Below, one piece after another: positions 54,914-64,000 of a stretch of DNA of 64,000 nt. The DNA lies in the NCBI GenBank assembly GCA_051883455.1, contig JBJETT010000004.1, forward strand, positions 106,555 to 170,554, given 5' to 3'. The translations under genes and the position numbers were made by a program. The notes under the pieces were generated by a model. It ran no database searches. It was not told where the DNA came from and was given only the letters and a program-made list of their open reading frames with translations. Positions within the stretch are counted from its first letter, which is position 1. The number at the start of each line of letters is the position of its first letter. The stretch is from Christensenellales bacterium (GTDB lineage Bacteria > Bacillota > Clostridia > Christensenellales > UBA3700).

Positions 54914-54938
54914 AAATAGCCGACGGAAAACCGTCGGC
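54912..54938 (-). terminator. Terminator of the SRP RNA gene
   Basis: Minus strand GCCGACGG-TTTT-CCGTCGGC followed by TATTTTT. Confidence 0.8.
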
Positions 54939-54949
54939 GTCGTCGTCAA

Positions 54950-55218
54950 GGTTGTGCATCTATCGTCGACAAGAACTACCCAAGCGTGACTCAGACAGTT
55001 GACTCCCTCAAAGCTACCTCGTGGCACATCGCACGATCTGCTTAATGCTGCTGCGGTCAAGCCCTGACATGGTTCACAGGGTGCAATTGCACAAGACCTT
55101 GTTATCAACGTCACTTATCTGAGGCGGACCTTGCATAGCTCAGGCCTAAGATAGCCTTCAGCTCTGCTGTAGCGGATTGCAGATACAGGGCACCGCTAGC
55201 TCCCCACCTAGCACAACG
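54950..55218 (-). ncRNA. ffs: Signal recognition particle RNA, large (Alu-containing) Firmicutes type
   Basis: Minus strand 5' GTGCTAGGTGGGGAGCTAGCGGTGCCCTGTATCTGCAATCCGCT and helix 8 GAACCATGTCAGGGCTTGACCGCAGCAGCATTAAG match B. subtilis scRNA; ends pair (GTTGTGC/GCACAAC); promoter TTGACA(55247-52)-N17-TATACT(55224-29). Confidence 0.93.
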
Positions 55219-55393
55219 ATAATAGTATATATTTTTTTTGAAGATATGTCAACAGTATATTTTGAACAAATTTTTGGTATTGTTGCTGTTTTTGGCGCAT
55301 AAGTTAGTGTTGAGAAAGCCAATATTTTAGCATTTTTGACAAAAATTGACAAAATTCGATTGGCAGGTTTTGTTACAATCTAAGGAGTGAAAA

Positions 55394-56152
55394 ATGATAT
55401 TTAGCATCACAAAAAAAGCGATAATTGCAACGGTTTTGTTGGTGGTATTTTGCGCAGTAGGAGTCGTTGCCGTGTTAAACGGTGACGTTCAAGCCGTATA
55501 CAACGGCAAGATCGAGAGAAAAATCCCGGTCTACAACGTGGATAGGGACGACAAACTGGTAGCTTTGACCTTTGACGCTGCTTGGGGTGGTGATAAGACC
55601 GAGCAAATATTGGAGCTACTCAACAAATACGGCGTCAAAGCGACGTTTTTCTTGGTGGGCTTTTGGATTGATAAGTATCCTGATTTGGTTAAGAAGATTG
55701 ACGAGGCGGGTATGGAGATAGGCAATCACTCCAAAAATCATTACAATATGAGCAAGCTTGACGACAATACAAAGTGCGAAGAGATAGATTACGTCAATGC
55801 AAAAATTGTGGAATTGACAGGCAAAACGCCTAAATTCTTTAGGGCGCCTTTTGGAGATTACAACAATGCTTTGATGAGCGTATTGGAGCAAAAATCTATG
55901 ATTGGTATACAATGGGACGTCGATTCGCTAGATTGGAAGGGCTTGAGCGGACAAGATATTGCCAAGAGAACGTCTAAAGCTAAGTCGGGCTCGATAATAT
56001 TGTGCCACAACAACAGCGACAATATTTTGGACGCCATACCTCTGATGATATCTAACTTACAAAACCAAGGCTACAAGCTGGTGACTATGAGCGAGTTGGT
56101 CTATCAAGAGAATTATTACGTGGACAACAATGGAATTCAACATCTAAAGTAA
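55394..56152 (+). CDS. Polysaccharide deacetylase (PdaB-like, N-terminal anchor)
   Basis: ALTFDAAWG, KATFFLVGFW, EIGNHS.NH, FRAPFGDY, WDVDSLDW, IILCHN. Confidence 0.9.
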   Translation: MIFSITKKAIIATVLLVVFCAVGVVAVLNGDVQAVYNGKIERKIPVYNVDRDDKLVALTFDAAWGGDKTEQILELLNKYGVKATFFLVGFWIDKYPDLVKKIDEAGMEIGNHSKNHYNMSKLDDNTKCEEIDYVNAKIVELTGKTPKFFRAPFGDYNNALMSVLEQKSMIGIQWDVDSLDWKGLSGQDIAKRTSKAKSGSIILCHNNSDNILDAIPLMISNLQNQGYKLVTMSELVYQENYYVDNNGIQHLK

Positions 56153-56163
56153 AGGAGGACATA

Positions 56164-56826
56164 ATGAATTACGAACAGATGAACAATAATCAATTGACGC
56201 TTACGGGCGTTGTCAGCAAAGTACCTAAGTTTTCACACGAGGTATTCAAAGAAGGCTTTTTTGAGACTTCATTGTCGGTGACTAGATTGTCGGGACAAGT
56301 GGATGAAGTGCCTATCACCGTATCGGAGCGACTGCTATTGCAACACGATATTAAGGTCGGCGATAGAATTAGCGTGGTAGGGCAGTTTCGTAGTTACAAC
56401 AAGGTCGAGGGAGAAAAGTCACGCTTATTATTGACGGCTTTCGTTAGAGATATCGTCGAGGTGGATAGCGTCAATTCCAACAATATCGAGATAGTAGGTT
56501 ACGTATGCAAAATGCCCGTCTATCGTACAACGCCCTTCAAGAGAGAAATATGCGATATGCTTATTGCCGTCAACCGAGCGTACAATAAGTCTGATTATAT
56601 CCCTTGTATATTGTGGGGAAGAAACGCAAGATTTTCTAGCACGCTGTCGATAGGAACAAAATTGGCTCTGACGGGTAGAATACAATCGAGAACTTACGTC
56701 AAGACTTTGGAGGATATGACCACGCAAGAAAGGGTGGCTTACGAGGTGTCGGTGAGCAAAATCGAGGTAGTTCCCGAGGACTTTGACGACAAGGAAAAGA
56801 GCCGAATTGCCTCTACATTGTTCTAA
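56164..56826 (+). CDS. Tandem OB-fold single-stranded DNA-binding protein (Clostridia type)
   Basis: Two SSB-like halves (V.RLSG..D..P..VSE; AVNRAYNKSDYIPCILWGRNA..GRIQSR.Y.K...AYEVSV). Confidence 0.85.
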   Translation: MNYEQMNNNQLTLTGVVSKVPKFSHEVFKEGFFETSLSVTRLSGQVDEVPITVSERLLLQHDIKVGDRISVVGQFRSYNKVEGEKSRLLLTAFVRDIVEVDSVNSNNIEIVGYVCKMPVYRTTPFKREICDMLIAVNRAYNKSDYIPCILWGRNARFSSTLSIGTKLALTGRIQSRTYVKTLEDMTTQERVAYEVSVSKIEVVPEDFDDKEKSRIASTLF

Positions 56827-56947
56827 ATTATGCTAAATTGTATAATAATATCGCAAAAATTATAAATATTATTTATATATTTTGATTTATTTATCGGGTT
56901 AGTTATAGTTATTGTAGTTAGATAACTCGCAACCGATATTACGAAAT

Positions 56948-56985
56948 AAAATCTCTCGATTTGCTCAATAGTCGGGAGATTTTTG
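56948..56985. terminator. Intrinsic terminator-like hairpin upstream of the yggS promoter
   Basis: AAAATCTCTCGA-loop-TCGGGAGATTTTT. Confidence 0.7.
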
Positions 56986-57069
56986 CTACGTTGAGGGAGA
57001 TTTTTGCAAAATATAAAAATTATTTACTTATTATAAAAGATATGTTACAATATATGCAAGGTAAGCGTT

Positions 57070-57765
57070 ATGGATAGAGAAGAAATCGAAGAAAATCTTG
57101 CGAGCGTCATGAAAAACGTTCAAGCTGCCAAGCAAGGCATAGAGGGTTATGACGTCAAAATTATTGCCGTAACTAAGACTAAACCTATTGAGCTCATTGA
57201 CACGATAGCTAGGTATAATTTGTTTGAGGACGTGGGTGAAAACTACGTACAAGAATTGGTGGCTAAATATCCCGTTGCGCCCAATCTCAAATGGCACATG
57301 ATAGGTCAGTTGCAGAGCAATAAGGTCAAATATATCATAGACAAGGTGTGCCTTATACACTCGCTAGATAGAGAGAGCTTGGCATCAGAGATTGACAAAC
57401 AAGCCAAAAAGCACGGCATCAAAGCCAACTGTTTGATAGAAATCAATATGGGAAGCGAGTTGTCTAAGGGCGGAATAGAGAAGGAAGATTTGATAGATTT
57501 TGCTACTCTTGTGAGCGAAAAATATCCAAATATAGCTTTGCGCGGAATTATGGCGATTATGCCTAACCTAGGCGAGTGTGAACAACTAAAAAATTTGTAC
57601 GTCGAATTTAGAGCCTTGTTCGAAACTCTCAAAAAGCAAATGGAAGGCAAGCAAAATATTGATATTTTGTCTTGCGGAATGACTAACGATTACGGGTACG
57701 CAATCAAGTACGCGCAACCTACTTATATACGAATAGGCAGAGCACTCTTCGGGGCTCGCTGCTAG
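57070..57765 (+). CDS. yggS: PLP homeostasis protein YggS/YlmE
   Basis: IAVTKT, VGENYVQE, WHMIGQLQSNKVK, LSCGMTNDY, RIGRALFG. Confidence 0.96.
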   Translation: MDREEIEENLASVMKNVQAAKQGIEGYDVKIIAVTKTKPIELIDTIARYNLFEDVGENYVQELVAKYPVAPNLKWHMIGQLQSNKVKYIIDKVCLIHSLDRESLASEIDKQAKKHGIKANCLIEINMGSELSKGGIEKEDLIDFATLVSEKYPNIALRGIMAIMPNLGECEQLKNLYVEFRALFETLKKQMEGKQNIDILSCGMTNDYGYAIKYAQPTYIRIGRALFGARC

Positions 57766-57773
57766 GAGGAAAC

Positions 57774-58451
57774 ATGGACGATAGAAATAACAATTTTCAA
57801 GACGATAACGGTAGATTTGTACCGAGAAGAAACGGCGACTTTAGTCAAAGCAGACCTAGCGCCGACCGTGATTACGTGCAGCGTTCGTCTTACGGCGCAC
57901 AGCCTACGCCTATCGTGAGAAATCCGCAAACCTATCCTTCTCAGCCGCCTCAATTTGGCGCTGGAGCACCACAACAGCCATACGGGGCTCAACCTTACGG
58001 CGCGCAGCCTTATTCGGGACAGCAGTATGGCGCTCAGCCTTCCTATCCTCGCGAAGAAGAGTTCGATTATGACGTCAACAATCAACAATACAGCGCACCT
58101 GTGCAGTATTCTCAACCGCCTAAGAAAAAACGCGGATTTTTCTCGTTTGGCAAGAGGGAAGAAAACAATGAGCAGACGGGTGGTGGAAGCTATAACAACG
58201 TGATAATCACTTACCCAAAGACGATACAAGACGTGCAGGCGATTATCGACAGCTTGCGCAATAGACAGGCTATCATCGTGGACATGTCCAAAATCAACGA
58301 CAAGGGTTGTCAAAGAATTATGGACTATCTTTCGGGGGCAATTTACGCCTTGGGCGGTGCTCAACAGCGAATTGCCGACAGTATGTTTTTGTTTACCCCT
58401 GACGGAGTTAGTATTCAAGGTCCGTCTGATCTAAAAAAGCGTTATGATTAA
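57774..58451 (+). CDS. sepF: Cell division protein SepF with long Gln/Pro/Tyr/Gly-rich N-terminus
   Basis: C-terminal P.T..D..AI.D.L.N..AIIVD....QRIMDYLSGAIYAL.G..QRI...FLFTP. Confidence 0.9.
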   Translation: MDDRNNNFQDDNGRFVPRRNGDFSQSRPSADRDYVQRSSYGAQPTPIVRNPQTYPSQPPQFGAGAPQQPYGAQPYGAQPYSGQQYGAQPSYPREEEFDYDVNNQQYSAPVQYSQPPKKKRGFFSFGKREENNEQTGGGSYNNVIITYPKTIQDVQAIIDSLRNRQAIIVDMSKINDKGCQRIMDYLSGAIYALGGAQQRIADSMFLFTPDGVSIQGPSDLKKRYD

Positions 58452-59013
58452 AAAACTCGGTCTAAAAAAAGTATTAGCTGAACTAGGCTTGTTAGTAGCG
58501 GTTTTGGTGATTGATTTGTTGTCAAAATCGCTTGTTTTTGCCTTTCTTGCCGACAAAAAATCAGGGCGATACGAATTGATTGAGGGGATATTTGCCTTGC
58601 AAGAAGCGCACAACTACGGGGCTTCGTTTGGGATATTCGAGGGCAAGCAGACTATGCTCGTGGTCTTGACTGCCGTAGTTATGGTCTTGCTGATTGCGTT
58701 ACTTATCGCTAAGCCACAGCTGCCTACGTTGATGCGTAGCGGTGTTATATTGATAATCGGTGGCGGTGTAGGCAATCTTGTTGACCGTATAGCGATTGGA
58801 TACGTGAGAGATTTTATTGATTATACCTTTTTGGACACCTTTTTTGGCATAGATTTTGCTATTGGCAATATAGCCGACATATTCTTGTTGGTAGGCACCT
58901 TTATGGTGATAATTTACGTGGTTTTCCAAGCAAAAGAAGAGGACTTTTTTAAGCCTAAACAACCTAAAAACGATAATTTGGAGCCTAAAAGCGAGGTAAA
59001 CGACGGTGAATAA
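58444..59013 (+). CDS. lspA: Lipoprotein signal peptidase II
   Basis: DLLSK, NYGASFG, GGGVGNLVDR..GYVRDFI, GNIADI. Confidence 0.93.
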   Translation: MIKKLGLKKVLAELGLLVAVLVIDLLSKSLVFAFLADKKSGRYELIEGIFALQEAHNYGASFGIFEGKQTMLVVLTAVVMVLLIALLIAKPQLPTLMRSGVILIIGGGVGNLVDRIAIGYVRDFIDYTFLDTFFGIDFAIGNIADIFLLVGTFMVIIYVVFQAKEEDFFKPKQPKNDNLEPKSEVNDGE

Positions 59014-59920
59014 AATTGTCGTCAGTGACGCCGATATAGGCAAAAGGCTAGATTTGTTTTTGTCCGAAGAGATAGATGAGAGTAGGTCTTACGTTAAAAA
59101 TTTGACCGAGCAAGGACTAGTTTTAGTCAACGGTAAAGTCGTCAAGGCGGGATATAGCCTCAAAAACGGCGACGTGATAGAGTATGAACTGCCTGAGATT
59201 AAGCAGCTCGATCTAACCCCCGCGGACATTCCTATTGACGTGGTTTACGAGGACGATGACGTTGCCGTAATCAACAAAGCACAAGGTATGGTAGTGCATC
59301 CTGCTCCGGGGTCTTACGACAATACCCTTGTCAACGCACTGCTTTTTAGGCTTAAATCGCTCAGTTCTATCAACGGCGTGGCTCGACCGGGTATAGTGCA
59401 TAGGCTTGATAAGGATACGTCGGGACTGTTGGTAGTTGCCAAAAACGACGACGCGCACGTAGATTTGCAAAGCCAAATATCAAGCAAAGAGGCTAAGAGA
59501 TATTATATCGCACTAGTTGACGGTGTTATAAATAAGGATGAAGGAGTAATAGATACCTTTATCGACCGCAGTCAAAAGGATAGAAAGATGATGTCTGTGA
59601 GTAGGGAAGGTAAGGGAAGACGTGCGATAACGCACTTTAAGGTGTTGGAAAGATTGGGCGGATATAGCTTGGTTGAGTACGAATTGAAGACGGGGCGCAC
59701 TCATCAAATAAGAGTCCACAGTAAGCATATCGGTCACCCTATAGTCGGCGATAGTGTATACGGTGGCTCGACGAACTTGTACGACCAAGGTCAACTGCTG
59801 CACGCTTTTAGGTTGCAGTTTACGCACCCTAGGACGAAACAGCTGATGACCTTTGAAGCTCCTTTGCCTAAATATTTCTCCGATATACTTGCTAAGCTTA
59901 GAGAAAAATATGTTAAATAA
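59006..59920 (+). CDS. rluD: RluA/RluD-family 23S rRNA pseudouridine synthase with S4 domain
   Basis: RLDLFL, INKAQGMVVHP, HRLDKDTSG, TGRTHQIRVH. Confidence 0.93.
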   Translation: MNKIVVSDADIGKRLDLFLSEEIDESRSYVKNLTEQGLVLVNGKVVKAGYSLKNGDVIEYELPEIKQLDLTPADIPIDVVYEDDDVAVINKAQGMVVHPAPGSYDNTLVNALLFRLKSLSSINGVARPGIVHRLDKDTSGLLVVAKNDDAHVDLQSQISSKEAKRYYIALVDGVINKDEGVIDTFIDRSQKDRKMMSVSREGKGRRAITHFKVLERLGGYSLVEYELKTGRTHQIRVHSKHIGHPIVGDSVYGGSTNLYDQGQLLHAFRLQFTHPRTKQLMTFEAPLPKYFSDILAKLREKYVK

Positions 59921-59922
59921 AT

Positions 59923-59957
59923 ACCCTTGAACGCTAATTGCTCAAGGGTGTTTTTTT
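59923..59957 (+). terminator. Terminator after rluD
   Basis: ACCCTTGA-loop-TCAAGGGT plus GTTTTTTT. Confidence 0.8.
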
Positions 59958-60064
59958 GTCTAAAATTCAATAATCTTTTTGCGAAAAATCTCTATATAGT
60001 CCAAAATTATTCTAAATTAAAGCAAATATTAGTATTATTTTCGTAAAAATATAATCAATACTTA

Positions 60065-61780
60065 TTATTTGATTTGATACTCGTGGTGAGCGTTGGGGGT
60101 GACGAGCGCTGACGAAAAATCGGTGTAAATCACCATGGCAGGTTTGCCCGAAGGGTGACGCTTGATATTTTTGCGTAACGTATAGTCGCACTCGACGCTA
60201 GGACTTTGGCTGGCTTGAGAGTAGTATGCTGCAATCTCGCAAGCTATCGTGATTACGTGATTAGGAATGCTTCTGCCTTCGGCGAATATTATCGTGTGGC
60301 TTCCGTGTACCTTTTTGGTATGCACCCACATATCGCTACCGCCGGCTACTTTGAAGGTGAGCTTGTCGTTTTGTAAATTATTCTTGCCTACCAAAATCAC
60401 GAAGTCGTCTACCTCGAAGGTGAGAGGTGCAGAAGGCTTTTCTTTTACCTTTTTGTTTGTAGGTTGTTTTAGTGCACCTAGCTCTTGCAATTCTTTTGCT
60501 ACCTCGGCAATCTCGTCGTCGCTTTGAGCGAGGGTAATGGAAGGCAAAATAGTATCGGCGTATTGCAATAAGTCCTCTAGTTCTCGTATTTGCCTAGAGA
60601 CGATATCTTGTGTGCGCTTGAGCTTGGCGTACTTTTTGTAATATGCTTGCGCGTTGGCTTGCGGAGAAAGTCTACCGTCAAGCGGAATGGTCAAAAGAGG
60701 GCATTCGGGTTCGTAATAGTCGGTAACCACCGCCGACTCGTCGCCTTTGTTGATATTGTATATATTGCAAGTGATTAGCTCGCCCATTTTTTTGTATCTA
60801 TCCATATTGTCGCACTCTCTGAGGCGAGAGTTGCATACTTCTAGTTTTTTCTTCGTTTTGCTTACGAAAGCTCTATGCGCTTTGAACAAAAACTTGATTT
60901 TGTCGGCATGTCTGTCTACCTGATCTTTTTGTCCTTGAGTCAATTCTATCGCCTTGTTAAGGCTCTCCACGGGCACGTCGCCTAGTGAGTAAGGCATGAC
61001 GAAAAAGTAGGTTGCGCTTTGCAACGTGCCTCTTACGCATGGATTGTATAGAGGCGTAGAATAGACGTTGAGTAGGGTGTCTAAGGCTTTGCAAATCGAC
61101 GATATTTGCTCGTCGGACAGTGACTTGACGTCATTGGATACTTGCGCCATTCTTAGTATTTGCTCGGCAGAGAGTTTGGATAGTCCCGCAACGCACGTAC
61201 AAAGATAGCCGGCTAAACCACCGTCTTGGTATCGTCCAAGTGCTTGAGTTATCGAGCTGACGTCGCTAGGCAAAATTTTGCTTTGAGGTGGAAGGGAATA
61301 CTTGGCGGACGGTAAAAGACAACGCTTGGTGACTGCGTCGTAAGGCACTTGCTTGAGAGTGTCGGTGATGGTGCCTTTGGCGTTGACGAGCAAAATATTG
61401 GAATATCTACCCATCATCTCGGCAATGAGCATAAAAGTCGTTTCGTCGTGCATCTCGTTGTGGCTACGCACTTCTATGGCGACTATTCTGTCCTCGCCGA
61501 GGTTGACGATAGAGTTGATTATTCCGCCCGTAAGATATTTGCGCAGATGCATACAAAACGACGGCGCAACCATAGGATTGTCCTTTTTTGCGCTAGTCAA
61601 ATGTATTCTCGGATTGGAAGGATTGCAAGATATAGCCAATAGATGATTGTGACCTTTGGCACGGATAGACAGTGATATTTCGTCCTTTTCGGGCATGTAA
61701 ATCTTGTCGATTTTGCCGTTTGATAATGCGCTTTCTAATTCTTGCGTCAAGGCTTTGATGGTCACGTAATCGTTAGGCAT
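60065..61780 (-). CDS. rqcH: Ribosome quality control protein RqcH (NFACT/FbpA family)
   Basis: KIDKIYMP, FCMHLRKYL.GG, EMMGRYSNI, NAQAYYKKY.KLK, VGKNNLQND.LT, H.KKVHGSH. Confidence 0.94.
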   Translation of the reverse strand: MPNDYVTIKALTQELESALSNGKIDKIYMPEKDEISLSIRAKGHNHLLAISCNPSNPRIHLTSAKKDNPMVAPSFCMHLRKYLTGGIINSIVNLGEDRIVAIEVRSHNEMHDETTFMLIAEMMGRYSNILLVNAKGTITDTLKQVPYDAVTKRCLLPSAKYSLPPQSKILPSDVSSITQALGRYQDGGLAGYLCTCVAGLSKLSAEQILRMAQVSNDVKSLSDEQISSICKALDTLLNVYSTPLYNPCVRGTLQSATYFFVMPYSLGDVPVESLNKAIELTQGQKDQVDRHADKIKFLFKAHRAFVSKTKKKLEVCNSRLRECDNMDRYKKMGELITCNIYNINKGDESAVVTDYYEPECPLLTIPLDGRLSPQANAQAYYKKYAKLKRTQDIVSRQIRELEDLLQYADTILPSITLAQSDDEIAEVAKELQELGALKQPTNKKVKEKPSAPLTFEVDDFVILVGKNNLQNDKLTFKVAGGSDMWVHTKKVHGSHTIIFAEGRSIPNHVITIACEIAAYYSQASQSPSVECDYTLRKNIKRHPSGKPAMVIYTDFSSALVTPNAHHEYQIK

Positions 61781-61913
61781 TTGTATTTTCTCCTTTCTTT
61801 TGTAATATTAGTATAAAATAATAATCAATTATTTGCAATTATTATTGCATAAATGATATTTTTGTGTTAGAATGTCTTTTGTAACTACAAATATTATAAT
61901 ATAGGAGATTTAT

Positions 61914-63200
61914 ATGAGCTACACAAAGGAAATGCTAGAAAAAAATCGTGTAAAATTTACCGTCGAGGTTGAGGAAGCGGATTGGAAAGCCGCAATCGAA
62001 GAGGCTTACAACAAAAATAAGTCCAAATTCCAAATCGGTGGCTTCCGCAAGGGCAAAGTGCCTCGCAAAGTTATCGAAGCGCAATACGGAGTCGGAGTAT
62101 TTTTCGACGACGCATTGGATACAATTCTTCCAAAGACTTACGGCGCAATTATCGAGGCGGAAACCGAGTTGTTCCCTGTAGATATGCCAAAAATTGATAT
62201 TATCGCAATCAGCGATTCTACTTTGAAGTACAGTGCAACCGTACAACTCAAGCCTGACGTAGTGCTTGGTCAATACACCGGTCTAGAATTCAAAAAGGAC
62301 AAAGTAAAGGTTACCAAAGAAGAAATCCAAAAAGAAATCGACAAGGCTCTTGACGCTGCAGGCGCTTGGGAGAGTGTAACCGATAGACCTGTTCAAAACG
62401 GTGACAAGACCGTCATAGACTATAGCGGTAGCGTAGACGGGGTAAAATTCGAGGGCGGTACTGCCGAAAAGCAACCTTTGGAGATTGGTAGCGGTATGTT
62501 TATCCCAGGCTTTGAAGAGCAAGTCGTTGGCATGAATATCGGCGACGAAAAGGATATTGTGGTTACTTTCCCTGAAAATTACGGCGCAACCGAGCTTGCC
62601 GGAAAAGAAGCGGTATTTAAGGTAAAACTTCACGAGATTACCGTCAAAAATACCCCTGCTTACGACGACGAATTCGTCAAAGACGTATCCGAGTTTGATA
62701 CCGTAGCTCAATACGAAGCAGATATCAAGAAGAATATCAAGGAGAGCAAAGAAAAAGACGCCGAAATGAAGCTAGAAAACGATATTATCGAAAAGATTGC
62801 TTCTATGTCCGAGGTTGATATTCCTAAGTGCATGATCGACCAACAAGCCGAAGAGATGGTGCAAGAGTTCGAATATAGACTCATGTATCAAGGTATGAAC
62901 AAGGACGATTACTACAAGTTTACGGGTACTACCAGAGAAGAGTTGATGGAAAAGTACAGCGACACCGCAAAAAAGAACGTGTTGTTTAGACTTGTCCTCG
63001 AGGCTATTCTCAAAGAAGTAAAAATCGTCGTTAGCGACGAAGAAGTCAACGACCAAATCGCCGATATGGCAAGCAAAGCAGGTAAGAGCGTTGAAGAATA
63101 CAACAAACTCATCAACGAAGAATATAGAAATTATATTCGCAACGACTTGATTACCACCAAGCTGTTTACTTATCTCAAAAACAACAACACTATAAAATAA
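61914..63200 (+). CDS. tig: Trigger factor
   Basis: GFRKGKVP, F.GG..E...LEIGSG.FIPGFEEQ, FP..Y....LAGK.A.F. Confidence 0.97.
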   Translation: MSYTKEMLEKNRVKFTVEVEEADWKAAIEEAYNKNKSKFQIGGFRKGKVPRKVIEAQYGVGVFFDDALDTILPKTYGAIIEAETELFPVDMPKIDIIAISDSTLKYSATVQLKPDVVLGQYTGLEFKKDKVKVTKEEIQKEIDKALDAAGAWESVTDRPVQNGDKTVIDYSGSVDGVKFEGGTAEKQPLEIGSGMFIPGFEEQVVGMNIGDEKDIVVTFPENYGATELAGKEAVFKVKLHEITVKNTPAYDDEFVKDVSEFDTVAQYEADIKKNIKESKEKDAEMKLENDIIEKIASMSEVDIPKCMIDQQAEEMVQEFEYRLMYQGMNKDDYYKFTGTTREELMEKYSDTAKKNVLFRLVLEAILKEVKIVVSDEEVNDQIADMASKAGKSVEEYNKLINEEYRNYIRNDLITTKLFTYLKNNNTIK

Positions 63201-63266
63201 TCTTACAGCTTACGACCGATAAGTCTTGTCGGGCTTATCGGTCAAATTATAATTGGAGGAATGAAA

Positions 63267-63848
63267 ATGCTTATACCTACTGTTATTGATAAAACGGGAG
63301 CGGGCGAGAGAGCTTACGATATTTATTCTCGTTTGCTTGAAGATAGAATAGTATTTATCTCGGGAGAGATTAACGATGCGATGGCAAATACCGTCGTAGC
63401 GCAACTAATATATTTGGAAGCAAAGGACTCGGATAAGGATATTTCGGTTTATATCAACAGCCCTGGCGGAAGCGTGACCGCAGGACTTGCCATATACGAT
63501 ACTATGCAATATATCAAGTGTGACGTTAGTACGATTTGCGTGGGTATGGCAGCGTCGATGGGCGCATTCTTGCTATCTTCCGGCGCTAAGGGTAAGAGAT
63601 ACGCTTTGCCTAATAGCGAAGTGATGATACACCAACCTTTGGGTGGTGCGCAAGGTCAGGCGAGCGATATTGTTATCACGGCTAATCATATCCAAAAAAC
63701 TAAAGAAAAGCTTGCTTCAATTTTGGCTGCAAACTGCAATCAAAGCTTTGAAAAAGTTATGCAAGACACCGATAGAGACAACTATCTATCGGCTCAAGAT
63801 GCACTTGAATATGGCTTGATTGACAAAATATTCTATAAAAGAGGTTGA
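63267..63848 (+). CDS. clpP: ATP-dependent Clp protease proteolytic subunit (alternative ATG at 63261)
   Basis: [33 protein letters not shown]. Confidence 0.98.
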   Translation: MLIPTVIDKTGAGERAYDIYSRLLEDRIVFISGEINDAMANTVVAQLIYLEAKDSDKDISVYINSPGGSVTAGLAIYDTMQYIKCDVSTICVGMAASMGAFLLSSGAKGKRYALPNSEVMIHQPLGGAQGQASDIVITANHIQKTKEKLASILAANCNQSFEKVMQDTDRDNYLSAQDALEYGLIDKIFYKRG

Positions 63849-63850
63849 GA

Positions 63851-64000
63851 GTGGACAACGATAGAGAATTGAGATGTTCGTTTTGCGGAAGAAAAGAAAG
63901 TGACGTAGGACAACTCATCAGCGGACCTGACGGCGTGTTTATTTGCGACCAATGCGTAGACGCGTGCGTCAAAATCCTCGAGGAGACTTTGGAGGACAAA
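63851..64000 (+). CDS. clpX: ClpX N-terminal zinc-binding domain (runs off the window)
   Basis: GTG start; CSFCGR...LISGP..VFICDQCV; position after clpP. Confidence 0.93.
   Translation, partial: MDNDRELRCSFCGRKESDVGQLISGPDGVFICDQCVDACVKILEETLEDK

Noticed and set aside
63214-63243. Terminator between tig and clpP
   Set aside because: The strong stem GACCGATAAG/CTTATCGGTC has no U-tract; more likely an intercistronic stabilising hairpin.

Overview
A 64 kb chromosomal segment from a Clostridia-class Firmicute. This placement is inferred from gene content: groESL with CIRCE boxes, a large Alu-type SRP RNA, an ECF S component and sporulation-type genes. Most genes lie on the + strand and the + strand looks G-rich throughout by spot counts, consistent with one replichore. 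Housekeeping content: nth, nfnAB, obgE, yhbY, a nadD-yqeK fusion, rsfS, pdp-deoC, an FMN riboswitch with ribU, tsaE-tsaB-rimI, murF-ddl, icd, gdhA, purE-purM-purN-purH-purD-purL-ygiQ-recX, nnr, dnaX-ybaB-recR, galT/galK, lgt, pncB, groESL, ffs, yggS-sepF-lspA-rluD, rqcH and tig-clpP-clpX. Small AT-rich accessory inserts: an HTH-Fic plus Mrr-like nuclease pair, and an XRE plus LRR lipoprotein followed by REP-like palindromes. No integrase, transposase, tRNA, rRNA or CRISPR array was seen. Most interesting: (1) a solitary mazF/ndoA with intact catalytic residues, no antitoxin gene, and a consensus sigK-like promoter and terminator of its own, suggesting a developmentally timed RNase; (2) four perfect co-oriented DnaA boxes upstream of the purine operon at a site with no strand switch; (3) a Clostridiales-1-like structured repeat with a 47-bp tandem duplication; (4) a hypothetical membrane gene behind a canonical sigF-type promoter; (5) an SRP RNA with a UGAC helix-8 loop. 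All family, promoter and RNA calls are by eye from motifs; no database search was run.
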